64,000 nt of DNA from an uncultured Desulfarculus sp. (GTDB lineage: Bacteria > Desulfobacterota > Desulfarculia > Desulfarculales > Desulfarculaceae), in the NCBI GenBank assembly GCA_963665125.2, contig CAXXUK010000002.1, forward strand, positions 352,001 to 416,000. Reading direction: 5' to 3'. Under the pieces are notes generated by a model. It was not told the origin of the DNA, did no database searches, and saw nothing but the letters and a program-made list of their open reading frames with translations. Positions 19,510 to 29,949 of this stretch are shown in pieces. Position 1 is the first letter of the stretch. Each line of letters begins with the position of its first letter. Made by a program: the position numbers and the translations under genes.

Positions 19510-21915
19510 CTACGCCGCTTTTTCCGATGAGTACAGGTCCCACTGACGCATGAAGGCCGCTTCAAAGGACCTGCTCTGGGAGTATTCCCTGGCTGTGGCG
19601 GCCATGGCCTTTCGGCGCTGGTGGTTGCCGCAGAGTTCGGCCATGGCCCTGGCCAGGGCAATGGCGTCGCCGCCGGGCACGATCAGGCCGGTTTGGCCGT
19701 CGATGATATTTTCCCTGGGGCCGCCCTGATCGGAGACGATGACCGGTAAACCCGAGGCCTGGGCCTCCAGGATGACATTGCCGAAAGTGTCGGTGGTGCT
19801 GGGGAAGACGAATACGTCGGCCGAGGCATAGGCTTCGGCCAAATCTTCGTCGTGCAGGTAACCGGTGAACACCGCCGGGACGCCGCGAAGTTCCCGCTGC
19901 ATCTGCTCAAGGTAGGGGCCGTCGCCCACCACCACAAGTTGCAGGCGGGGCATGTCCCTGGTGATGCGCTTGAAGGCCTCCACCAAGACGGGCAGGTCCT
20001 TTTCCTTGCTTATTCTACCGACATACAACAGCTTGAGGCGGTCGTCCAGGCCATAGCGGACTTTGTAAAAGCCGTTGCGGCGGGCCGGGTTGAATTGCTC
20101 GGTGTTGACTCCCCTGGGGTAGAGCATGACCTTGGCCGGGTCGATGCCCTTGTCGATGAGTTCCTGGCCCGTTTCCTCGGAAGGTACATAGATCCGGTTC
20201 ATCTGGTCGTAGTACCACAATGTGTAGCGCCAGGTGATTTCCTCAATGGTCTGGTCGCCGGTGAGGTAGTGGGCGTACTGGGGTATCTGGGTGTGATAGG
20301 TGCCGCTGATGGGCAGTTGGAGGATGCGGGCGATGCCCAGGGCGGCCAGGCCCATGAAACCCGGCGTGGCCGAGTGGATGTGGGTGAAGCCCTGCTCGAA
20401 TACATAGTTGAGCATGGTCAGAAAAGGCGGCATGTAGAGCTTTTGCTGCTCATATTCGGGCAACTCGTAGATGCTGACCGGATCAAAGTTTTTGACGCAT
20501 TGCTCACCGGCCGGTTTGTCGGGCGAGCAGGTGAGCATGGTCAGCTCCATGCCTTGTTTGGCCGCGTGCCGGGCCTGTTGTTGCAGGGTAAGGGCAACGC
20601 CGTTGACGTCGTAAAATGTGTCGGTGAAGTGGGCCACCTTGATTTCCTCGGGCTCGGTCTGGCCCAGGAAGCGGCCCCGCAAGGCCCGGTTCATGGCCTT
20701 GTCCCGTCCGAACAGGCCGTAGGAGATAAAATACGGGCCCATGAACAGGGCAAGGGAACCCGCCCCGCCGATGCTGTTGAATATCTTGAAGATGTTGCCT
20801 TGCCGGGTCTGGTCCAGGATTTTTTTGCCAAAGTGGCTCAGGGCCTGGGAACTGACCCGCTCGGAAAAGCGGAACCAGCGCTGCTCGGGAGTTTCTCCGG
20901 GGATTTTCCTGCCCCGCACGATCTCGCGCAGGTCGTCGTTCTGGGAAATGAGGCGTTCGCCTTCCCTGCGGATGACGTCGGTGATCTTTTCATTGCGGCG
21001 GCGGTAGTGGCGCTTGGCCTGGCCCCAGACGCCGATAAGCCGCTCCACCAGGCCCGGTGTGTTGCTTTCGCCGGGCCTCAGCATGCGGTCCAGAAAGCGC
21101 TTCATCAGGTCTCCGCCGGCGTAGCGGTCCAGGCGGAAGCGGTTGGCGTAATACTGATAGGCGATGGCGTAAAGGTTGTGGGCGATTGTCTCCGGTGTGG
21201 AGCCTTCGCCCCGGGGCTCTGTTTGGCCCTGGCGCACGGCCTCGAAAAACTGGCTCAGGCTGGCCGCCATGGGCGCTTCGGTGTGCATGCGGGTGACGTT
21301 GAGGGAACCGTGGTCGTCCGAACCGGCGATTATGCTTTTGTTCCAGGGCTCCAAATGAGTGGGCTCAATGTTGTGCTTGTCGGCCAGTTCGACGATCAGT
21401 TCTCTGTCCAGGGAGTCCAATACGGCCTGCAACAGTTGGTTTTGGCCGTGGTTGCGGGCGCCGTTGTGCTCGAAGACCTTGAATAGCAGCAGTATCTTTT
21501 CAAAGTGCTCCAGGGTAAGCAGGTTGTTGACGGCATACAGGGGGTGGGCGATACCGTGGAGGATGTCCCGGCCGTTGAGATAGCCCACCAGATCGTAGAC
21601 ATTGCGGCGGATGCGCTGGATGTCGCCGTGGATCTTTTCGTTGATGTTGTAGACCAGCACATGGAGCTTGCAGCCATCCTCGGGGAAGTAGGTGGTCACT
21701 TCCTCGCTGATGAACGCACCGGGCAGGTGGGCGATTTCCAAGCAGCCGTCGATGGTGTTGTGGTCGGTGAGGGTGAAGCCGTCCATGCCCAGGCGGGCGG
21801 TTAGGCGGCGCAGCATCTCCGGCGGGCTGAAACTCTCCGGGCAGCCGATCTTCTGCAATACCCACTGGGAGGGCCGCTTGGAGTGCTTCGAGTGGAGGTG
21901 CATGTCAATTTTCAC
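19510..21915 (-). CDS. PHP-domain / GT4 glycosyltransferase fusion
   Basis: N-terminal DMHLHS, TDHN, GSDDH; C-terminal DTFYDVNGV, YVGRISKEK, PSTTDTFGNVILEAQASG. Confidence 0.9.
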   Translation of the reverse strand: MKIDMHLHSKHSKRPSQWVLQKIGCPESFSPPEMLRRLTARLGMDGFTLTDHNTIDGCLEIAHLPGAFISEEVTTYFPEDGCKLHVLVYNINEKIHGDIQRIRRNVYDLVGYLNGRDILHGIAHPLYAVNNLLTLEHFEKILLLFKVFEHNGARNHGQNQLLQAVLDSLDRELIVELADKHNIEPTHLEPWNKSIIAGSDDHGSLNVTRMHTEAPMAASLSQFFEAVRQGQTEPRGEGSTPETIAHNLYAIAYQYYANRFRLDRYAGGDLMKRFLDRMLRPGESNTPGLVERLIGVWGQAKRHYRRRNEKITDVIRREGERLISQNDDLREIVRGRKIPGETPEQRWFRFSERVSSQALSHFGKKILDQTRQGNIFKIFNSIGGAGSLALFMGPYFISYGLFGRDKAMNRALRGRFLGQTEPEEIKVAHFTDTFYDVNGVALTLQQQARHAAKQGMELTMLTCSPDKPAGEQCVKNFDPVSIYELPEYEQQKLYMPPFLTMLNYVFEQGFTHIHSATPGFMGLAALGIARILQLPISGTYHTQIPQYAHYLTGDQTIEEITWRYTLWYYDQMNRIYVPSEETGQELIDKGIDPAKVMLYPRGVNTEQFNPARRNGFYKVRYGLDDRLKLLYVGRISKEKDLPVLVEAFKRITRDMPRLQLVVVGDGPYLEQMQRELRGVPAVFTGYLHDEDLAEAYASADVFVFPSTTDTFGNVILEAQASGLPVIVSDQGGPRENIIDGQTGLIVPGGDAIALARAMAELCGNHQRRKAMAATAREYSQSRSFEAAFMRQWDLYSSEKAA

Positions 21916-22177
21916 GTCAGCTCCTTTTCATCGGCAAAGAAAAACCGGCTCCAACAGCCGGCATGAGGGCGGAACCACGCATGCGGTTTATGAATTTCAG
22001 ATAGACCGCGTGGGTTTGATTCGAGGATTTATATCCAACCGCTGGCCGCATGGCTGGGCCCTCCCGAGAGTTGGACGGTAGTCCGGCGAAACCAGGCCCG
22101 GGCGTGTAACCATTTAGAGCTTCGCCGGACCACCGGCCCAAAGTGCATTTACCGGCTCTATTTAAACCAGACGGATG

Positions 22178-22193
22178 TGGCAAAAACGTTGCA
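22178..22193 (+). promoter_or_regulatory. putative sigma54 (-24/-12) promoter for the porin gene
   Basis: TGGCAAAAACGTTGCA, GG-N10-GC spacing. Confidence 0.5.
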
Positions 22194-22332
22194 ATAAATG
22201 GGATGTTTGCCGAACTTCGTGTTTCAGAGGGCGGTTTGAAATGTGCACTGAACCTTCCCGGTCCTTGCGCGTTGACATCGGGAACGGCAATAATAGGCCG
22301 CCGACGGATTGATGGGGAAAGGGACCTGGACG

Positions 22333-23709
22333 ATGCCACAGGGATGTTTAAAACATGCAATTGCGGTGGTTTGGTTGGCCCTGGCCGTGGCGGTCTTTGG
22401 GCTGCCGGGCCAGGTGGCCGCGGCCACCAGCCAGTACATCCTGGAAGAAGACGGCGCGGGCGGATCGGCCCTGGACCAGCAGACGCCCCTGCCTGACGCC
22501 TTCGAGCCCGAGCCCGAGTCTTTTTGCGACATGGATATCTTTGACCAGACCAAATCGACCCTGGCCCCGTTTGTCTGCAACAGCAGCCTGAAACTGCGTC
22601 TGCGCACCTATTACTTCAACCAGAGCACGGACAACAAGCCCGACAAGTCGGCCTGGACACTGGGCGGCTGGCTCGATTACCAATCGGGCTGGTTCGCCGA
22701 CCGGCTCCGCGTGGAAGCGGCGGTGTACACAAGCCAGCCCCTGTGGGCGCCAGACGACCGGGACGGCTCGCGGCTCTTGGCACCCGGCCAGGAGGCCATC
22801 ACCGTCCTGGGCCAGGCCAACCTGGATCTGCGAATTGTCGACGGTACGGAATTGACCCTGTACCGCCAGGACCTGGACCTGCCGTTCATCAACCGCCGGG
22901 ACAACCGCATGGTGCCCAACACCTTTGAGGCGTACATGCTCAATTCCCGGACCCTGGACAAACTCAAGTTCGTGGCCGGTCATGTGACGGCCATCAAGCC
23001 CAGGGATGGAAACAGCTTCCAGAGCATGACCGGGGCCGCAGGCATCAAGGGACACGACAAGGGCGTCAGCGTGGCCGGGGTGCTTGTAGAGCCGTTCAAG
23101 GACGTCAGCCTGGGCCTGGTCACCGAATACGGCTGGGACTATATGAACGCCGTCTACGCCGAGGCCACCACCGGCTGGAAGCTGACCGAAAAAAGCGACC
23201 TGTCCGTCTCGGCCCAATATGCCCGCCAAACCAGCGTCGGCGACGAGCTGGGCGGCGGGTTCGACACGTATTTCTGGGGCGGCGGCGTTACCCTGGGCTA
23301 CCACGGGGCCGTTTTCACGGCGGCGGTAACCGGCGTCGACGACAGCAGCGGCGTGGTCAATCCCTGGGGCGGCTATCCCGGCTACACCTCCATGATGATC
23401 GAAAACTTCAACCGGGCCGGGGAATGGGCCTGGCTGGTGCGGGCCTCCTACGACTGCACACGGGCCGGGCTGGAGGGCCTAAGCGGCATGATCCGTTACG
23501 GCCGGGGCTACACACCGGACAACGGATCAAACGCCTCGCCCGACGAGGCCGAGTTGGATATCGCCATTGACTGGCGCTTCAAGGAGGGCCCGTTGCAGGG
23601 TATGTGGCTGCGCCTGCACGGCGGCTTCCTGGACCAATGGGGCCACCCCCAGGCGGCCGACGCCACGGAGATCCGCCTGGTGCTCAACTACGACTTTTCC
23701 ATCCTGTAG
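22333..23709 (+). CDS. OprD family outer-membrane porin
   Basis: Signal peptide, LRLRTYYF, YQSGWF, DNRMVPNTFE, FNRAGE, C-terminal RLVLNYDF. Confidence 0.85.
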   Translation: MPQGCLKHAIAVVWLALAVAVFGLPGQVAAATSQYILEEDGAGGSALDQQTPLPDAFEPEPESFCDMDIFDQTKSTLAPFVCNSSLKLRLRTYYFNQSTDNKPDKSAWTLGGWLDYQSGWFADRLRVEAAVYTSQPLWAPDDRDGSRLLAPGQEAITVLGQANLDLRIVDGTELTLYRQDLDLPFINRRDNRMVPNTFEAYMLNSRTLDKLKFVAGHVTAIKPRDGNSFQSMTGAAGIKGHDKGVSVAGVLVEPFKDVSLGLVTEYGWDYMNAVYAEATTGWKLTEKSDLSVSAQYARQTSVGDELGGGFDTYFWGGGVTLGYHGAVFTAAVTGVDDSSGVVNPWGGYPGYTSMMIENFNRAGEWAWLVRASYDCTRAGLEGLSGMIRYGRGYTPDNGSNASPDEAELDIAIDWRFKEGPLQGMWLRLHGGFLDQWGHPQAADATEIRLVLNYDFSIL

Positions 23710-23747
23710 GCGCGGCTGTTCTGCTGATGCGCACGATAATAATAATG

Positions 23748-24293
23748 CTACTTTAAACCAGATAAAGCCCTGATGATCCCCTTGGTCCGGTCGCTGACAA
23801 CGCGCAAATCCTGTTCGTTGGGACGCCCTATGATGTCTCCCAGCCGGCCCTTGGTATTCATTTCCGTTTCCTTGTTGAATTGACCAACTATATGCCAGCG
23901 GTCCAGAACCGCGAACCCGATGTGCTCAAAAAATGAACGCAACCACATGGTCATCGGAACCGCTTCGTTCTTTCCAATGTGTGGACCGGCATAAGTGCAA
24001 AAACATACAGCGTATTTGCCTGGCAATATGGGCGATGAAGGGATTATTTTCCCTTGGCTGGCATACGATTTAAGGGTCTTTTTTATGAATTCCATCATTT
24101 GTTTGGTGGGCAGCCAGTCAATAACTGGAGATCCTGTAAACACCAGATCGTAATCGAAAAAATCGAGATCAATTTCGGATTTCAGTTTGGTTAAAACAAC
24201 TTCATGGTCAGATTCTTTTAAAGCATCGGAAATCTGCTGAGCTACTTTTTCAGTATTTCCACCGAGGGAATCATACAAGATCAGGCTTTTCAT
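23748..24293 (-). CDS. flavodoxin-like domain protein
   Basis: ILYDSLGGNTEKVA FMN phosphate loop, YDLVFTGSP; visibly AT-richer than its neighbours. Confidence 0.8.
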   Translation of the reverse strand: MKSLILYDSLGGNTEKVAQQISDALKESDHEVVLTKLKSEIDLDFFDYDLVFTGSPVIDWLPTKQMMEFIKKTLKSYASQGKIIPSSPILPGKYAVCFCTYAGPHIGKNEAVPMTMWLRSFFEHIGFAVLDRWHIVGQFNKETEMNTKGRLGDIIGRPNEQDLRVVSDRTKGIIRALSGLK

Positions 24294-24584
24294 CGTTGGC
24301 TCCACTTTTTGCCGTCATTGTCGAATAATCAAAAGCCGACAATCTGCCGGCCGGTATGAATTATTGGTGATGATTGCATTGAAATAAGACATGAAATCCA
24401 AGTCGTGCAGTAGCTGTTGCACCAGCCGTCTGGTGTCTACGGCAGGGAAGGCAGGTCAAATCTCCTGACTTTAATAGAACAATATCCAATCCATCTTCTT
24501 CCGTCAATCCATCGCGGCGTCCCGGCCTGTATCTGCTTACGCCGGACGCAACGGAGTTGCGCCTAGTGATCAACTTTGGCTTTT

Positions 24585-24974
24585 CTATCCTGAAGGCGCG
24601 CCGTACATGAAAGACACAATGACCAACGCCGCGCCCCAGCACAGGGCTATTACGGCCTTGATGGCGAAACGCCAGCCGGTCTCGCCGTAGCGCTGGCCCG
24701 TGTTGGCGAACATCCCCGGCAGCAGGATCATCAGCAGGCCTTTGACGACCAGCAGCCAGCCGCAGGCATAGACCAGGGTGGGCCAATCCAGGATCCAGTT
24801 GTTCCAGGTGCAGACGATGATAAGGCCGAAAACCAGGGCCAAAGAGCCCATCATCAACAGGCCCACCGGGTTGTTCATTTTGGCGTAGCGCCTGCGGTTA
24901 ATCAGCGCGCCAGCGGCCAGCACGGCCGCGAATATCCCAAAGGCCCGCAACAGGCCAGCAGGATTCATGATCAT
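24585..24974 (-). CDS. hypothetical 4-TM membrane protein, tandem paralog 2
   Basis: Hydrophobic; shares GLIIVC...W..DW...VY..GWL..KG and LCWGAALVIVSF with 24995-25399. Confidence 0.75.
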   Translation of the reverse strand: MIMNPAGLLRAFGIFAAVLAAGALINRRRYAKMNNPVGLLMMGSLALVFGLIIVCTWNNWILDWPTLVYACGWLLVVKGLLMILLPGMFANTGQRYGETGWRFAIKAVIALCWGAALVIVSFMYGAPSG

Positions 24975-24994
24975 GCCGGAGTCGAACTTCACCC

Positions 24995-25399
24995 TTAGCC
25001 CTGTGGCGTTGCGTAAAGGAAAGATACGATGACCAACGCCGCGCCCCAGCACAGGCTGACCAGGGCCTGGAGGGCGAAAAGACCTTCAGAATGGGTGTAG
25101 GGCCTGCCGATTTTCTCGAACAGGCCGGGGAAGACGGTGATCATTACGCCCTTGATGGTGACGAGCCAGCCGCTGATATACACGAACAGGGTCCAATCCC
25201 AGGCCCAGGTCTCTTGGCCGCAAACGATCAATAGGCCGATGATCAGACTAATCAACCCGGCCAAGAGTAAAATGGCCGGATTGTTCAGCATTTCCTCGAG
25301 CACCTTGGCCATGTTCCGGCGGTTGACCAGGGTGCCCAGGGCCAGGATGACGATCAGCAGGCCCAGAAAGCGGGCCATGAATACCGTTGTCCCAGTCAT
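24995..25399 (-). CDS. hypothetical 4-TM membrane protein, tandem paralog 1
   Basis: Hydrophobic, AGGGG RBS; homologous to the downstream gene. Confidence 0.75.
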   Translation of the reverse strand: MTGTTVFMARFLGLLIVILALGTLVNRRNMAKVLEEMLNNPAILLLAGLISLIIGLLIVCGQETWAWDWTLFVYISGWLVTIKGVMITVFPGLFEKIGRPYTHSEGLFALQALVSLCWGAALVIVSFLYATPQG

Positions 25400-25626
25400 T
25401 TTTGTTCCCCCTTGTAAATGGGATATCTTCTGTAGGATATAACCACTGTTGCACGGCGCAAACGGCCGTGTCCAGTGACAAAGCAGTGAAGGCCTTGTTT
25501 TAATTGGAAGTTATGTAAGGTGCTTGTGCTTGAAGCCCGGACGTGCCGGCCTGATGAAAAGGCGCAAAAAAGCTGATGCCCCCCGGTCCGGGCAGGGCAT
25601 CAGCTTTTCCAGTTTGGCGATGGAAA

Positions 25627-26595
25627 TCATTCTCCGGCGAATAAAAGCTTCAGCATTTTGGCCGTCTCGGGCTTTTGGAACATGGGTCGGGCCGCATAGT
25701 TGCCCAGTTTGGCCTTGAACGAGGCAACGTCCGGGGTAAGGTCCATGACCATGCCCTGCTTGAAAAGCCGCTCCAGAATGCCCTGCTCGGCCGTGCGGCT
25801 GGCCGCCCGCTGTTCGGCCGCGGCTTCCAACATGGCCTTCTGGAGCATGGCCCTGTCTTTTTCTGGCAGGCCCAGCCACCACTTGAGGTCGGCCGAGGCG
25901 ATATGGGCCGAATAGACATGGCCGGTCATGGACAAATAGCGCTGTAGCTTGTTGAGTTCATAGGCGGTGACGACCCACAGGGGGTTTTCCTGGCCGTCGA
26001 CCTTGCCTTGGGCCAGGACATCGTTGATGGGGAAGGGGTAGGGTTTGGCAACGGCTCCCAAAGCGTTCCACAGCGCCTCATGGGCCCTGGAGTTCATGGT
26101 GCGGATTTTTAGGCCCTGAAGGTCGTTTATGTTGTGCACCGGCCGCTTGTTGTTGGTCAGGTGCCTGAAGCCGTTTTCGCTAAAGGCCAGACCCTTGAAC
26201 CCGGCCTTTTGCAGCCGGTCCAGCAGGACTTCACCCGCCTTGCCGGCCAGGGTCTTGTCAACCTGCTCATAGCTGCTGAACAGGAAGGGAAACTCCAGGG
26301 CCTCGACCTCCGGAACAAACTGATCGTATGGCCCGGCGGTGATGACCGCCATCTGCAACATGCCCTGTTGCAGCTTTTGGAGGATGCGGGTCTCGTCGCC
26401 GGCCTTGCCCGAATCAATGACATTGACAAGATAGCCGCTGTTACCCTTGTTTACTTTTTCGGCGAATTTTTCAGCCACCACCGACTGGCCCATGCCCGGC
26501 CGGGTGACCACGGCGATGTTGATGATCTGGGCGGCCAGGACGGGCCAGGCCAGCAGTGCCGAGCATAATGTGAGGATGAAAATGATTTTGCGCAT
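25627..26595 (-). CDS. dctP: TRAP transporter substrate-binding protein
   Basis: Signal peptide, PFLF, ENGFRHLT, GLKIR, VDGQENP motifs. Confidence 0.9.
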   Translation of the reverse strand: MRKIIFILTLCSALLAWPVLAAQIINIAVVTRPGMGQSVVAEKFAEKVNKGNSGYLVNVIDSGKAGDETRILQKLQQGMLQMAVITAGPYDQFVPEVEALEFPFLFSSYEQVDKTLAGKAGEVLLDRLQKAGFKGLAFSENGFRHLTNNKRPVHNINDLQGLKIRTMNSRAHEALWNALGAVAKPYPFPINDVLAQGKVDGQENPLWVVTAYELNKLQRYLSMTGHVYSAHIASADLKWWLGLPEKDRAMLQKAMLEAAAEQRAASRTAEQGILERLFKQGMVMDLTPDVASFKAKLGNYAARPMFQKPETAKMLKLLFAGE

Positions 26596-26615
26596 GGATC
26601 AGGTCCTTTCGGAGT

Positions 26616-27584
26616 TTAACGAAAATGACAGGCACAGCTGTGGCCCGGTTCGATTTCCCGCAAAAGGGGGCGCTCCCGGCGGCAGATATCGGCGGCCTCG
26701 GGGCAGCGGGTGTGGAAACGGCAGCCCGGCGGCGGGTTCAGCGGGCTGGGCAGGTCGCCCGTAAGGGGCGGGGCCTGCTTGCGCATGGTGGGATCGGGCA
26801 CCGGGGCCGAGGCCAGCAGGGCCTCAGTGTAGGGGTGCATGGGCGGGGCCTCGAAGACCTCGGCCGGGGCGATCTCCACTATGCCGCCCAGGTACATCAC
26901 CGCGATGCGGTCGGACATGTGCCGCACAACGGCCAGGTCGTGGGCCACGAAGAAATAGGTCAGGCCCAGGCGCTCCTTGAGGTCTAAAAGCAGGTTGAGG
27001 ACTTGGGCCTGGATGGACACGTCCAGGGCGCTGACCGGCTCGTCGGCCACCACCAGGCTGGGCCTCAGGGCCAGGGCCCTGGCGATGCCGATGCGCTGGC
27101 GCTGGCCGCCGCTGAACTGGTGGGGATAGCGCGAGGCGTGCTCGGGCCGCAGGCCCACCTCTTCCAGCAGGGCGGCCACTCTGGCCGGGATCTCGCCGTT
27201 TGAGCAGACCTTGTGCACCCGCAAAGGCTCGGCAATGGCCGCCCCCACGGTCATGCGCGGGTTAAGCGAGGTCACCGGGTCTTGAAACACTATTTGCAGG
27301 CGATTGCTCAGTTCCCGGCGCTGGGCCTTGTCCAGGCCGGCCATGTCCGCGCCTTCGAAGCTGACCTTTCCGGCGCTGGGCGGCAATAGCCCCACGGCCA
27401 CCCGGCCCAGGGTCGATTTGCCGCAGCCGCTTTCGCCCACCAGACCCAGAATTTCGCCCTTTCGCACGGCCAGGCTTACGTCATCGACGGCCCGCAGGGT
27501 GCGCCTGCCGCTGCCCATGAATCCGCTGGCGACCCGAAAGGTGCGGCTGACGCCTTGCATATCCAACAGGGTTTGCCCGTTCAT
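26616..27584 (-). CDS. oligopeptide/dipeptide ABC transporter ATP-binding protein (OppF-like)
   Basis: [33 protein letters not shown]-terminal Cys cluster. Confidence 0.92.
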   Translation of the reverse strand: MNGQTLLDMQGVSRTFRVASGFMGSGRRTLRAVDDVSLAVRKGEILGLVGESGCGKSTLGRVAVGLLPPSAGKVSFEGADMAGLDKAQRRELSNRLQIVFQDPVTSLNPRMTVGAAIAEPLRVHKVCSNGEIPARVAALLEEVGLRPEHASRYPHQFSGGQRQRIGIARALALRPSLVVADEPVSALDVSIQAQVLNLLLDLKERLGLTYFFVAHDLAVVRHMSDRIAVMYLGGIVEIAPAEVFEAPPMHPYTEALLASAPVPDPTMRKQAPPLTGDLPSPLNPPPGCRFHTRCPEAADICRRERPLLREIEPGHSCACHFR

Positions 27585-28579
27585 GCCGCCCGCCTCCGGT
27601 CCTGGCGAATCTTGTCATGATGCAGGAAACAGCGCACACCGTGGCCCGGCGAGACCTCCACCAGGGCCGGTTCGCTCCGGCGGCACAGGTCAAAGGCCTT
27701 GGGGCAGCGGTCGGAAAAGGCGCAGCCCGGTGGCAGGGCGTCCAGGGGCGGCACGATGCCGCCGATGGTGGGCAGGCGCTTTTTCCCGGCCGTGCGCGAG
27801 GGCAGGCAGTCCAACAGGCCGAGGGTGTAGGGATGCAGGGGACCGGCGAACAGCCGCTCCACCGTGGCCTGCTCCACCAGGCGGCCCAGGTACATCACCG
27901 CGACCCGCTGGGCGGCCTGGGCCACCACGGCCAGGTCGTGGGTGATCAAAAGCACCGAGGCCCCGATCTCTGCCTGGAGCCTGGTCATAAGGCCCAAAAT
28001 CTGGGCCTGGATCGTCACGTCAAGGGCCGTTGTGGGCTCATCTGCCAGCAGCAGCCGGGGTTGCATGGCCAGAGCCATGGCGATCATCACCCGCTGGCGC
28101 ATGCCACCGCTGAGTTGGTGGGGGTAGCTTTTTGCCCGTTGGGCCGCGTCGGGGATGCCCACACGGTCCAGGGCCTCCACGGCCTGTTGCCAGGCCTCGG
28201 CCTTGCCGGTTTTTCGGTGGGTCCGGATGCCCTCGGCGATCTGGCGGCCCACGGTGAACACCGGATTGAGGCTGGTCATGGGCTCCTGGAAGATCATGGC
28301 CGCCTGGGCCCCGCGAAAGGACCGCAGCCGCTCTTCGGAGGCTTTGGCCATTTCCTCACCCCCGAAACGGACGCTGCCGGCGGTTATCCTGCCCGGCGGC
28401 GGCACCAGGCCCATGATCGAAAGGGCGGCCATGGATTTGCCGCAACCGCTTTCGCCCACCAGGCCGACGATTTCGCCCTTTTTTATATCCAGATCCAGGC
28501 GGTCCACGGCGGCCAGGGGGCCGGCCTTGCCGGGGAAGGCCGTGGTCAGGCCGCGCACTTTCAAAAGGATGTCGGTCAC
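27581..28579 (-). CDS. oligopeptide/dipeptide ABC transporter ATP-binding protein (OppD-like)
   Basis: [34 protein letters not shown]. Confidence 0.92.
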   Translation of the reverse strand: MTDILLKVRGLTTAFPGKAGPLAAVDRLDLDIKKGEIVGLVGESGCGKSMAALSIMGLVPPPGRITAGSVRFGGEEMAKASEERLRSFRGAQAAMIFQEPMTSLNPVFTVGRQIAEGIRTHRKTGKAEAWQQAVEALDRVGIPDAAQRAKSYPHQLSGGMRQRVMIAMALAMQPRLLLADEPTTALDVTIQAQILGLMTRLQAEIGASVLLITHDLAVVAQAAQRVAVMYLGRLVEQATVERLFAGPLHPYTLGLLDCLPSRTAGKKRLPTIGGIVPPLDALPPGCAFSDRCPKAFDLCRRSEPALVEVSPGHGVRCFLHHDKIRQDRRRAA

Positions 28580-28587
28580 GTCTCGCC

Positions 28588-29931
28588 TCAGCTAGGGTCA
28601 ACCAGCACGGCCCGCACGTCCATGACATTGGTGCGGGTCGGCCCGGTGATCAACAGGTCGTCCAGGGCCTGGAAATAGTGATATGCATCGTGTCTGGCCA
28701 TAAAGTCAAGGGTGCTCATGCCCGCCGCGACCGCCCTTTTAACGGTTTGACCGTCGGCCCAGGCCCCGGCCGCGTCGGTGGGGCCGTCCGTTCCGTCGGT
28801 GCCCAGGGACAGGGCCAGCACGCCATCCAGGCCAGCCAAATCAAGGGCCGCGGCCAGGGCGAATTCCTGATTTCGGCCGCCCAGGCCGTCTGCGCCGCCC
28901 AATTGCACCGTGGTTTCGCCGCCGCTGAGCAGGCAGCACGGCGAGGCAAGGGGCTGCCCGCTGGCCAGAACCTCCCGGGCTATGGCCACGTGCATCCGGG
29001 CGATGTCCTTGGTCTCGCCTTCGATGGTGGTGCTCAGCACCATTGGCGTCAGACCCTGGGCCTCGGCAGCACTGGCCGCCGCGTCCACGGCCTGGCGGTT
29101 GCTGGCGATGATCAAATTGACGGCCCGGTCAAGCACGTCCTCGCCGGGCTTGGGCGTATCCGGGATCCGGCCGTCCAGGCCGGCCTGCACACGCTTGCGC
29201 ACGCCCTCCGGGGCCTTGTCCCAGATGCCGTAGCGGTTCATGATCCGTTTGCAATCGGGCCAGGTGCTGGTGTCGGGCACTGTAGGGCCGCTGGCGATGA
29301 CGTCAAGATGATCGCCCACCACGTCGCTGATGATCAGGGTGATCAGGGTGGATTCCCCGGCCAGACGGGCCAGGTTGCCGCCCTTGAGTTGGCTCAGGTG
29401 CTTTCGGATGGCGTTGATCTCGCCGATGTCCGCTCCGCTGGCCAACAGCAGCTTGGTCACCTGTTGCTTGTCGGCCAGGCTCACCCCCTCGGCCGGGGAG
29501 GGCATCAGGGCGCTGCCGCCGCCGGATAGCAGGCAGAAAACCAGCGTATCGGGCCCGGCGTTGGCGGTGAGCAGTTCGGCGATGGCCTTGCCGGCGGCCA
29601 CGCCCCGCTCATCGGGCACCGGATGGCTGGCCTCCATGATCTCCACAACAGAGGTTGGTCCGCCGTGGCCGTCCTTGACCACCACCTTGCCAGCGGCCAG
29701 ACGCCCGCCCAAGAGACCCTCCAGGGCGGCGGTCATGGGCTGGCCGGCCTTGCCCGCGCCCACGCAGATGATGCGCTTGAAACCGTTCAGGTCAAAGCTT
29801 CGGCCCGCCACTAAAAGTGTGGAACCGTTGATTTTTACCGCGCGCTCCACGGCCAGGGCTGGATTTACCGCGTCAAGGGACGCGTCGATAATGGCGCGGG
29901 CCTTTTGCCTTAGCTTGTCCGGTCCGGGCAT
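28588..29931 (-). CDS. glycerate kinase type 2 (GckA/TtuD, MOFRL family)
   Basis: GAGKA, HPVPD, SGGGSAL, SDVVGD, GGETTV, GGRNQE, GTDGTDG, GPTRTNVMD. Confidence 0.92.
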   Translation of the reverse strand: MPGPDKLRQKARAIIDASLDAVNPALAVERAVKINGSTLLVAGRSFDLNGFKRIICVGAGKAGQPMTAALEGLLGGRLAAGKVVVKDGHGGPTSVVEIMEASHPVPDERGVAAGKAIAELLTANAGPDTLVFCLLSGGGSALMPSPAEGVSLADKQQVTKLLLASGADIGEINAIRKHLSQLKGGNLARLAGESTLITLIISDVVGDHLDVIASGPTVPDTSTWPDCKRIMNRYGIWDKAPEGVRKRVQAGLDGRIPDTPKPGEDVLDRAVNLIIASNRQAVDAAASAAEAQGLTPMVLSTTIEGETKDIARMHVAIAREVLASGQPLASPCCLLSGGETTVQLGGADGLGGRNQEFALAAALDLAGLDGVLALSLGTDGTDGPTDAAGAWADGQTVKRAVAAGMSTLDFMARHDAYHYFQALDDLLITGPTRTNVMDVRAVLVDPS

Positions 29932-29949
29932 GGGCAGCCTCCATACGAT

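Noticed and set aside
24300..24440. Short minus-strand frame resembling a HAD hydrolase fragment (LLHDLDFMSYFNAIIT)
   Set aside because: Too short, no start codon or catalytic motifs; may be chance
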